Below the pieces are notes generated by a model, which saw nothing but the letters and a program-made list of their open reading frames with translations, was not told the origin of the DNA and did not search any database. Made by a program: the position numbers and the translations under genes. Source: Eledone cirrhosa (Eukaryota). From it: 64,000 nucleotides of DNA. The stretch is taken from the NCBI GenBank assembly GCA_964016885.1, contig CAXHJY010001439.1, positions 62,001 to 126,000 on the forward strand, in the 5' to 3' direction. Below are positions 1 through 11,522 of this stretch, piece by piece (the first letter of the stretch is position 1; each line of letters begins with the position of its first letter).

Positions 1-1
1 T

Positions 2-1189
2 CAGCTTGTTGATTTTTTTGTTCGTTCTCTTAATTTTTCTGATGAGCGTTTTTCTATTTCTAGGGATTCTGCTCTTAGATTTGTTTATAGTTCTTAATGG
101 GGTGTGTTTAGCACATATGTTTGTAACAGTGTCCACAAATGTCTGCCAGGACTTTTTGATGTTAGTGGGTGTATGAGTGTGCGTGAAGGACCAGTCGACA
201 TGTGCAAGATCATGACTGATCGCTTCCCAGTTTGCATTGTGGAAATCCATAGCGTCAAACGGATGGACAGGAGAGATGACATTGGGTTTGTATATTGGAC
301 GGTGGAATCTCAGATCACAGAGAACCATGTCATGATCAGAGAGTAGAGTTTTCTCCACTGCAATATTGTGGATATTGTCAGTGTGATTGCTGAAAATTAA
401 GTCTAGGACGTTTTTGTGGCACCTCGTTGGTTCGAGCACTAGTTGGGATAGGAAGAAATCATCCATGAAGTCAAGAAGCGATTCCACAGCTTCCCTGTCA
501 GAGGTTGAGGCAGAAGAACCTGGTGGCAGGGTGTTTGTGGACCAGTCAACTCCGGGGAGGTTGAAGTCCCCCATCATTAAGATGTTGTCAGGGTGACACT
601 CTTGGATGAAACACTTTATGCTGTTGAGGCATTCCTTGAAGCATGGTACAGGCGTTTGGGGTGGCCTATAGAGCCCAACTACTAATAGGTTGTTGGTTTG
701 ACTGAATACAGTGACTGCCTCACAGTATCCATTAGTGAATATGTTCATAGCCTCTGTTGAGAAAGAATTATGGACATAAATGGCAGTTCCGCCCTTTCTT
801 CTGCCAGCGCGATCAGCACGGATGGCTTTGAAATTTTTCACTTTCACCTCGGCTTCCAAGTGGAGGTTACTGAGATGGGTTTCAGTGAGGACGAAGAAAG
901 GGATGTGGTTTGGATGGACATCAATCCAGTCCTCCAGGAATTTGATCTTCCATTTTTGAGTATTGGTGGAAGGGCTGATGCCTTGGGCGTTAAGCAAAAA
1001 TGTAGAGGCGAGAGTGGATGGTTTTAATTGTTTTGGTGTGTTGTTAATTTGTTTGTTTGTTAATGGCAGCAATGGGAGTTTGTGCAGTGGGGTGATAGTG
1101 GAGGGTGGTGCTGGGTGATAGCTCGAATGTTTTTTTCCAGTTCTTTTGCCAGATTCATTATGGCTAAAAAAGAGGAAGAAGTTTCCTGT
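2..1189 (-). CDS. LINE (CR1-like) ORF2 N-terminus: apurinic-type endonuclease plus linker; runs off the window start; no ATG before the catalytic residues
   Basis: Manual translation is open from 1189 to the window edge: TFLLNAQGI...FVLTETHL...RADRAGRRKGGTAIYV...VGLYRPP...MMGDFNLPGVDW...QLVLEPTR..NVLDLIFSN...LSDHDMV...DFHNANWEAISHDLAHVDW. These are the standard APE motifs of CR1/L2-group LINEs. Not in the ORF track because it has no stop inside the window. Confidence 0.93.
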
Positions 1190-2235
1190 TTAGAAGACTG
1201 TTGGTGACTGTGGTAGTGGTTATTTTTATGTAGGTTATGGTTTTTGTTTTTGCTTTTATTTTTAATTTTATTTTCATTTATCCGACGGGTCCCCGGGAGA
1301 TGGGTAAAGGGACAATCCCGGTCTAAACACAATCTGTCTCGCAGGGAAAAACGGCAGATTTGTGGATTCCTTGTTTGAGTTATTGGTGGTTGTGTTGGTG
1401 TTAAATTAGAGTATGTATTATGGTGGTGGCTGTTTGTGGGGATAGATCGTTTTGTCCTAGGTAAATGGGTGAATTTGCAGCCACTATCCGTACATATTCT
1501 ATAGCGTAGAGAGTAGCGGCAAATGATGGGGTTTCGAGTGGGTGGGTATGTGGGTGTGGGTGTTGTGAGAGGTGTAGATGATGGTTTGGGTAGGATTTGA
1601 CGACCTTTGTGGACTGTGGGAGGGAGAGTTCTTGTTCTGGTATTAGAAGGTAAATTCCTTGACATAGCAGTAGACAAAAATGTTGTAGTAGTAGTAGTAG
1701 TAGTAGGCAGAGATGTTGGCAGTGGTGATGATTGGACTGCTGGGCCAGAGAAAGGATGTGGCGTTTCATGCTGTGAGACAGAGGCTACTGGGGGGTCAAT
1801 AGTTTCATTTAGTAGATCGGCCATTGTTGATGAATCAAGGAGTGGTTCACACTGTTGTTGTCGTTGTTGTTGTTGTTGCTGTTGTTGATGTTGTTGTTGT
1901 AGCTGTTGTTGATGTTGTTGTTGTAGCTGTTATTGTTGTTGCTGTTGTAGCTGCTGTTGTTGTTGTTGCTGCTGCTGGACAGCATTCGAAGAGAAAACAC
2001 ACCGTAGTTTATCCAAATGTTTATTGATTAATTTAAAAGCAATTTCGATTTGCTTTAATTTATTTTGAATCTGTTGTTCAGATCGAGTTTTCAAAAATTG
2101 AACTGTACGTTTAGCAATGTCGTTCAGAGATGAAGCATGTATGTCTTCAGTTTGGGAAAGGCAATGCCATGTGTTTATTAGAATGTCGATTTCATTATCA
2201 GACCAGTTCTGTTTGGATTTTTGCTGGTTAGCCAT
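1060..2235 (-). CDS. LINE ORF1 (~391 aa): Myb/SANT-like N-terminus, polyQ tract, two CCCH zinc fingers; one in-frame TAA at 1930-1932
   Basis: Track ORFs 1930..2235 and 1060..1824 are in the same frame. The gap reads QLQQQHQQQLQQQHQQQQQQQQRQQQCEPLLDSSTM, so a single CAA>TAA splits them. NWSDNEIDILINTW...RSEQQIQNKLKQI resembles Myb/SANT. CRYSLRYRICTDSGCKFTH and CRFSLRDRLCLDRDCPFTH are C-x8-C-x4-C-x3-H. Confidence 0.8.
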
Positions 2236-2246
2236 TCTAGTTTTGA

Positions 2247-2720
2247 GTGTGTGTGTGTTTTAGTTAAGTATTTCAATATATATATATTTTTTTTTAAATT
2301 TATTTTTGATTTATTTTTGTTTTTTGTTTTTCTTGTGTGTGAGTGAGAAGCGTATATATATAAATATGAGTATATATATATATATATATGTATATTCTGG
2401 TTATTTGAAATTAATTAAGTTAATGAAAAGACGAAAGTATATAATAATAATTTGTAGTTAAAGGAACATGTACTCACAAGTTCGTGTGTGTGTGTTTTAG
2501 TTAAGTATTTCAATATATATATATTTTTTTTTAAATTTATTTTTGATTTATTTTTGTTTTTTGTTTTTCTTGTGTGTGAGTGAGAAGCGTATATATATAA
2601 ATATGAGTATATATATATATATATATGTATATTCTGGTTATTTGAAATTAATTAAGTTAATGAAAATACGAAAGTATATAATAATAATTTGTAGTTAAAG
2701 GAAAATGTACTCACAAGTTC
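2247..2720. repeat. Tandem duplication of a ~237-bp unit (putative LINE 5'UTR)
   Basis: gtgtgtgtgtgttttagttaagtatttc...tgtactcacaagttc occurs at ~2247-2483 and ~2484-2720 and is nearly identical. Confidence 0.9.
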
Positions 2721-2789
2721 GAAAACACGTGGTTTCAAATATATAATAATATAGATGTATGAAAAATGTATTAACCGGTCAATTTTCAA

Positions 2790-2981
2790 ATATATAATAT
2801 ATGTATATATATATATAATATATGTATATATATTATATCAAATATATAATATATGTATATATATTATATCAAATATATAATATATGTATATATATATATA
2901 CATACATATATACATATATACATATATACATACATATATACATATATATATATATACATATATATATACATATATATATAC

Positions 2982-3060
<79 letters not shown>

Positions 3061-3087
3061 CATATATATATATACATATATATATAC

Positions 3088-3158
<71 letters not shown>

Positions 3159-3161
3159 CAC

Positions 3162-3212
<51 letters not shown>

Positions 3213-3229
3213 CATATATATATATACAC

Positions 3230-3304
<75 letters not shown>

Positions 3305-3547
3305 CACATATATATATACATATATACATACACACATATATATATACATATATATATACATATATATATATATATACACATATATATATACATATATATA
3401 CATATATACATACACACATATATATATACATATATATATATATATACATATAAATATATATATATATATGTGTATATATATATATATATATACACATATA
3501 TATATATATACACATATATATATATATATGCATATATATATATATAT

Positions 3548-3600
<53 letters not shown>

Positions 3601-3607
3601 CATATAT
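2790..3607. repeat. (AT)n/(ATAC) microsatellite
   Basis: Directly visible. Confidence 0.95.
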
Positions 3608-4538
3608 ACCGCACCGCATCGCACCGCGCCGGACAACACTACACCACACCACACCACACCACACCACACTACACCACACCACACCACACTACACCACACC
3701 ACACCACACCACACCACACTACACCACACCACACTACACCACACCACACCACACTACACCGCACCGCACTACACCGCACCACACCACACCACACCACACC
3801 ACACCACACTACACCGCACCGCACTACACCGCACCACACCACACCGCACCGCACCACACCACACCACACTACACCGCACCACACCACACTGCACCACACC
3901 ACACCACACCACACACCGCACCGCACCACACCGCACCGCACCGCACCGCACACCACACCACACACCGCACCGCACACCGCACCGCACCGCACCGCACCGC
4001 ACCGCACAACGCGCCGCACCGCACCGCACCGCACCGCACCGCACCGCACACCACACCACACACCGCACCGCACACCGCACCGCACACCGCACCGCACCGC
4101 ACCGCACCGCACCGCACCGCACCGCACCGCACCGCACCGCACCACACCACACCGCACCACACCACACCACACCACACCACACCACACCACACCGCACCGC
4201 ACCACACCGCACCGCACACCGCACCGCACCGCACCGCACCGCACCGCACACCACACCACACACCGCACCGCACACCGCACCGCACCGCACCGCACCGCAC
4301 CGCACCGCACCGCACCGCACCGCACCGCACCGCACCGCACCGCACCGCACCGCACCACACCACACCACACCACACTACACCACACCGCACCACACCGCAC
4401 CACACCACACCACACCACACCACACCACACCACACCACACACCGCACCGCACACCGCACCGCACCGCACACCACACCACACACCGCACCGCACCGCACCG
4501 CACCGCACCGCACCGCACCACACCACACCACACCCTAC

Positions 4539-4546
<8 letters not shown>
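3608..4546. repeat. Pentanucleotide satellite (CACCG/CACCA/CACTA)n
   Basis: Directly visible 5-bp periodicity. Confidence 0.95.
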
Positions 4547-4593
<47 letters not shown>

Positions 4594-4867
4594 CTCTTAT
4601 AGTTGTTAGTAGTGTCTGGTTGGTTCTTACTTGTGTTTGACATTACTGGTTAAAACAAAAATACAGCCCCCAAAACATAAAGGAATATAAACCAAAATAA
4701 AAACAACTGTACTTTCTCTGTCCAATGAATCCTCATCAAACTCTCAGCCTGGTTATCTTTCCTTGAAATTGTTTAAGTAACGAGAACGTTGACAGAAACT
4801 AAACATCTACAAGATGAATTCTCTCTCACCTCATATACATACATACATATATACATACATACATACA

Positions 4868-4900
<33 letters not shown>

Positions 4901-5021
4901 GCACACAATACACACGTGTATATATATGTATACGTAAATATATATATATATATATATATAAATATATATATATATTTAAATATATGTATGTACACATATA
5001 TATATATAAATATATGTATGT

Positions 5022-5077
<56 letters not shown>

Positions 5078-5096
5078 ATGTACACATACATATATT

Positions 5097-5128
<32 letters not shown>

Positions 5129-5195
5129 TATATATATATATATATATAAATATATGTATGTAAACATATATATATATATATATAAATATATGTAT

Positions 5196-5230
<35 letters not shown>

Positions 5231-5477
5231 TATATGTATATATATATATATATGTGCGTATGCATGTATTTATATCTATCAATCAATCTACCTATCTGTC
5301 TCCCCATCGTTTTAACTAAATGTTTATCTCTGTGTTTCTTTGTTTGCTCCTGTCTCTCTCTCTCTCTCCACTTACACACACACGCACATATATACATATG
5401 CACATACAAAACAGCCTCTCGTTGAAAGACTAAATACCTTAAAGAGACGAAAGTATTCGAGTATAACAATTTCATTA

Positions 5478-5553
<76 letters not shown>

Positions 5554-6099
5554 GTCATCCCTTATTAAAAACGTATGTTTAGATTTTGCTACAGAGTCTA
5601 ACATTAACTCCTAAATCTCTTAACATTTTGTCGCCGCCATTTTGGTTTACATCGTCTGCCAAAAATGATAGAAGTAACTTCATTGACAGCAACTATGAAG
5701 CTATGATGGCGACAGTGGCAGTATTGCCGTAGCTGATAAAATCAAAGTCATTGGATTAAAGGATTAGAAACAAACATCAGACAAACAAAACATAAAATAT
5801 AACAACAAACAAGAAAGCAAAAAAAAAAATTACTTTTAGTGTTGTTTTTTGTATTGTTTTTCTGTTGTTCATTTAAAAAAAAAATAATTAGTCTCAGTTT
5901 AGGTGTGATACATGTCACGTGAGGTTTATGACTTCGTTGATGTTCAATTATACACACACACATCTACAAACACACACTGACACACACACACATATATGCA
6001 CATACACAGATACAGACACAAACGCACAAACTCGCACAAACACACACACATACATATGTGCTTCTGTCAATCTTTCTGCAAGCATTTAAAGCGATCGAC

Positions 6100-6142
<43 letters not shown>

Positions 6143-6144
<2 letters not shown>

Positions 6145-6255
6145 GGAAAATGTTTGACCCCGACGGCAGAGCTCAAGCCGTTTCGACGGCTATTTCTGGA
6201 CTCTATTTCTGTCGAAACGGCTTGAGCTCTGCCGTCGGGGTTAAACATTTTCCTA
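6143..6255. repeat. Fold-back element with ~45-bp inverted arms; each arm carries a hammerhead-like 3' half
   Basis: taggaaaatgtttgaccccgacggcagagctcaagccgtttcgac ... gtcgaaacggcttgagctctgccgtcggggttaaacattttccta. Related half copies lie at ~28065-28127 and ~57560-57730. Confidence 0.85.
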
Positions 6256-6482
6256 TTACCCACTCTACTACCCTAAGTATTGAGCACTCTGGTGCGTTAT
6301 GGTCCATCTGGTTCCTTACCACAACTCCTTCGTTATATATATATATATACACACATACATACACAACACACACACACATATATATATATTTATATCAAAG
6401 GGTTTGTTTTTTCGCTTCCTTTCCAATGGCATCAGTTGAAAAGTTGGTTCTTCTAAACCTCGAAACGTAAGATCCTGGTATA

Positions 6483-6878
6483 ATAATGGTCTCTACTTTT
6501 GGCACAAGGTCAGCAATTATCCCAGTGTATTACTGGTACTTTATTTTATCGACCCCGTAAGGATAATAGAGGTGGGATTTGAACTCAGAACGCAAAGGGC
6601 CATGACTCTATGCTGCAAAGCATGGTGTCTGACGCTCTACGGATACTGTCAAATAATAATTGTTTCTGCTTTAGATACAAGTTTAGTAATTTGAAGGGGC
6701 TAGGGGAAGTCGATTAAATGGACCCCAGCGCATGACTGGTACTTTATTTTATCGACCCCGTAAGGATGAAAGGCAAAGCTAAAATCGGCGTGATTTGAAC
6801 TCAGAACATAAAAGGCCTTAATTCTATGCCACAAAGCATGGTGTCCTGTACTACACCGATACTGCCAATCCTCAACAC
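6483..6878 (-). mobile_element. Two tRNA-derived SINE copies (Octopus-type, Deu/Nin-like core)
   Basis: Reverse complement contains the B-box GAGTTCAAAT, the core CTTTCATCCTTACGGGGTCGATAAAATAAAGTACCAG and the tail CCTTGTGCC...GTAGAAACAATTATT. Core-domain name is from recall. Confidence 0.85.
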
Positions 6879-6894
6879 CGCCACTACCACCACC

Positions 6895-6964
<70 letters not shown>

Positions 6965-7307
6965 ATAATAATAATAATAATCATGGCATTGAAAGAGTGA
7001 TAGATGAATAATGAATGAAAAACAAAACAATGGTCGTAAAGGATTGACAGAGAAAATTTACGTTTGTAACAAATGTTTAAAGCAGAAGATCTGTGACAAA
7101 AAAAAAAAGACTATCGCTATAAATACTTGTGAAGTGTCAGTAATAAAGTCATCTTTAGTATGACTAATGGCAGGTTAAAGAAGTGAATAGTTGAAATTGG
7201 AAAACCAGAGAAATACCTCCCGCATTTGAAATATATCAAATGAATGGATTTTACCTACCACACGCACATTGCGATAGAGCAGGGTTATAATTATTATACA
7301 GAGAGAG

Positions 7308-7937
7308 GAAGGCTGGTGGATTGACAGCAATCGGTAGAGCGTCAGACGCCATGCTTTGCAGCATAAAGTTATGGTCCTTTTCGGTCTGAGTTCAAATCTC
7401 GCCGAGGTTAACTTCCCATCCCGCTACTATCTATCTAAACAAAGTAACCCATATTTTATCTCCTTTAACTATCCCTTAATCCCGCTGAGTTTAACTTTGC
7501 CTTTCATCCTTATGGGGTCGATAAAATAAAGTACCAGAAATGCACTGGGGGTAATTGCTTGCCTTGTGCCAAAAGTAGAAACAATTATTTTGTTTTCGGA
7601 TTGGCAGTATTGGTAGAGCGTCGGGTACTATGCTTTGTGGCATACTGTTATGACCCTTTACTTACATTCTGAGTTCAAAGCCCGCCGAGGTTAACTTTGC
7701 TTTCAATCTTACGGGGTCGATAAAATAAAGTACCAGCAATGCACTGGGGTCGATCTAATCGACTTTCCCCACCCACCAAATTGCTGGCCTTATGCCTATA
7801 GTTGAAATCATTATTATAATTATCAGGATGGTTGATAGGCAGAATTGGTTGAGCGTCGGACACCATGGTTTGTGGCATAGAGTTAAGGCCCTTTACGTTC
7901 CGAGTTCAAATCCCGTTGATGTTAGCTTTGCATTTCA
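7308..7937 (+). mobile_element. Cluster of ~4 full or partial SINE copies of the same family
   Basis: Repeated TTGGCAGTATCGGTAGAGCGTCGGAC-like head, GAGTTCAAAT B-box and GGGGTCGATAAAATAAAGTACCAG core. Confidence 0.85.
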
Positions 7938-7993
7938 TACATACACACGCGCACACACGCGCGCGCACACACGCACACACACACACACACACA

Positions 7994-8053
<60 letters not shown>

Positions 8054-8120
8054 CTATAGACGAAAAGAACTATATATTTTCGCCTGTTTTCAATGTCCAG
8101 CAGTAGCAAGAGCAAGAGAG

Positions 8121-8164
8121 ATTGTCCTGACGAGTAACAGCCGAGTTCGAAATGCATCGACGGT
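8121..8164 (+). ncRNA. Minimal type I hammerhead ribozyme motif
   Basis: attgtc-CTGACGA-gtaacagccgagttc-GAAA-tgca-TC-gacggt: stem I attgtc/gacggt, stem II gtaac/gttc (imperfect), palindromic stem III ATGCAT, AUC site. Confidence 0.65.
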
Positions 8165-8304
8165 TGTACCCCTTGCTTCTGCTGCACACCACAGGGAGGT
8201 GTTTTTGCATAGCTACGGCTTTATAAATGTTTATTTATAAACATACATTATTTCTTTAGAAATATTCAAGTACACACACACACACACACACACACACGTA
8301 TATG

Positions 8305-8371
<67 letters not shown>

Positions 8372-8869
8372 ATACTTTGGGAGGGTCATGTTGCCAATAA
8401 GAAACACACGCACCAGTTGCTTTCACTTCAATTTATTATATATTTATAAATTTACAAATATATAAATTTCTGGTTGGTTCAGAAACGATATATATATATA
8501 TATATATATATATATGCTCTATATATATTTCTGTATAAATAACTGTGTATGGAAATATGTTTGCTCGTGTGCATGCATATGTGTGTGTGTGTGTATGGGA
8601 GAGAGAGAAAGAGAGAGGAGATAACATCGTTGCATGTTCACTTGCTATATATATATATATATATATATACACCCCTACACACACACACACACACAGATAT
8701 ATATATATATACACACCTACACACACAAACACACATATATATATATATATATACACCCCCTTACACACATAAACATACATATATATATATATACGACTAT
8801 CGCTGGCATATTTATTTATAATATTGAAAAAGAAGTAAAATCTCTCCCACCACCACCATCACCACCACC

Positions 8870-8913
8870 TATATATATATATATATATATAGATAGACGC
8901 ACATACACACACT

Positions 8914-8953
<40 letters not shown>

Positions 8954-8970
8954 CACATATATATATATAT

Positions 8971-9027
<57 letters not shown>

Positions 9028-9208
9028 TATATATATATATATAGATATATATAGATATATACACTCACATATATATTGATAGATATATATGTATATATAT
9101 ACACATACATAAACATATATATATATATATATATATACAAACATATGTATATATATATATATATATATCATACATACATGTATATATATATATATATATA
9201 GATATGTA

Positions 9209-9262
<54 letters not shown>

Positions 9263-9312
9263 TACATATATATGTATATATCATACATACATGTATATAT
9301 ATATGTATATAT

Positions 9313-9365
<53 letters not shown>

Positions 9366-9427
9366 TACATACATATATATATATATATCATACATACATA
9401 TGTATATATATATAGATATATATGTAT

Positions 9428-9464
<37 letters not shown>

Positions 9465-9666
9465 CATACATAATGTATATATATATATCATACATACATG
9501 TATATATATATATATATGATATATATATATATATGATATATATATATATATATACATGTATGTGTGATATATATATATACATGTATGTGTGATATATATA
9601 TATCATATATATATATATACATGTATGTATATATATATATATATATGTACATATGTATATATATGT

Positions 9667-9751
<85 letters not shown>

Positions 9752-9986
9752 CATACATACATGTATATATATATAAATATATATATCATACATACATGTA
9801 TATATATATATATAAATATATATATCATACATGTATATATATATATATATACAAATATATATATCATACATATATGTATAAACATATATATGCATGTAGA
9901 TATATATATATATATATATCATCCATATATATATATAAATATATATATCATACATACATATATATATATACATATATATGTATGTA

Positions 9987-10044
<58 letters not shown>

Positions 10045-10125
10045 TAATACATATATATATACAAATATATGTATGTATAATATATATATTTATCATAATA
10101 CATATATATATATATATACATATAT
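8870..10125. repeat. (AT)n-based compound microsatellite (ATCATACATAC variants)
   Basis: Directly visible. Confidence 0.9.
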
Positions 10126-10194
10126 GGGCTTCTCAGCTGTTAATATGCATAAGGTAATTATATACGTTCAACAATCTGGCAGGAAGGTATACTT

Positions 10195-10229
10195 TGCTGA
10201 CGATAGCTAATAAGCTTGAAACTAGTACA
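10195..10229 (+). ncRNA. Minimal hammerhead ribozyme motif
   Basis: tg-CTGACGA-tagctaataagctt-GAAAC-ta-GTA-ca: stem II agct/agct, palindromic stem III ACTAGT, 2-bp stem I. Confidence 0.6.
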
Positions 10230-10499
10230 CCGTTCCTTTGTCAGTGTTGAACAAACGAGCAACGATGGTTGCTGGCCACTACGGCTTAATACGGGATGTT
10301 TGTTTACAAACACACCGAGCATTATAATAAATGTTCGGTGAATCCATACGTACATATATATATGTGTGCATGTATGTATATATATATATACATACTACTG
10401 TACGTCTGTATACATATATGTATGTACGTGTACATACTTATATTTAAGTAACAGCCGTACTAAGAGTGGGAAATGAAATTTCGTTTCATTTTTTCTGTT

Positions 10500-10569
<70 letters not shown>

Positions 10570-10766
10570 ATATATATATGTATGTATGATATATATATAT
10601 ATGTATGTATGATATATATATATATGTATGTATGATATATATATATATATGTATGTATGATATATATATATGTATGTATGATATATATATATATGTATGT
10701 ATGATATATATATATATATATGTATGTACAATATATATATATATATATGTATGATATATGTATGTA

Positions 10767-10811
<45 letters not shown>

Positions 10812-10869
10812 ATATATATATATATGTATGATATATATATATATATGTATGATATATATATATGTATGA

Positions 10870-10913
<44 letters not shown>

Positions 10914-10919
10914 TATATG

Positions 10920-10952
<33 letters not shown>

Positions 10953-11057
10953 ATATATATTTATGTATGTATGATATATATATATATGTATGATATATAT
11001 AAATATGTCTGATATATATATATATATGTATGTATGATATATATATGTATGTATGTA

Positions 11058-11143
<86 letters not shown>

Positions 11144-11219
11144 GTATGATATATATTTATGTATGTATGATATATATATATATATATATATATGTATGAT
11201 AAATATTTATGTATGTATG

Positions 11220-11250
<31 letters not shown>

Positions 11251-11364
11251 ATATATGTATGATATATATTTATGTATGTATGATATATATTTATGTATGT
11301 ATGTTATATATGTATATATATATATATATATATGTATGTATGATATATATATATGTATGTATGA

Positions 11365-11399
<35 letters not shown>

Positions 11400-11522
11400 C
11401 ATATATATATATATGTATGATATATATATATATATATATATATATATCATACATATATATATGTATGATATATATATATATATATATATATATATCATAC
11501 ATATATATATATATGATATATA
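10500..11522. repeat. (AT)n/GTATGTATGAT compound microsatellite
   Basis: Directly visible. The same motif resumes at 13765-15580 on the other side of the PLE. Confidence 0.9.

Larger units (their letters stand above)
1..2720 (-). mobile_element. CR1-like LINE, 5' portion (5'UTR, ORF1, start of ORF2)
   Basis: ORF1 followed by APE ORF2 on the minus strand, with an upstream duplicated AT-rich block that abuts (AT)n. Confidence 0.85.

Noticed and set aside
2822-4640. 595-aa YI/HT-rich ORFs and the many similar YI/VC ORFs across the window
   Set aside because: Translations of (AT)n, (AC)n and pentanucleotide repeats, which lack stop codons by composition.
5630-5645. YY1-like CGCCATTTT motifs (also ~30497 and ~57912)
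   Set aside because: Short motifs with no supporting promoter or gene context.
7308-7420. tRNA gene candidates at SINE heads
   Set aside because: A/B boxes are present but there is no cloverleaf, and they continue into the SINE core.
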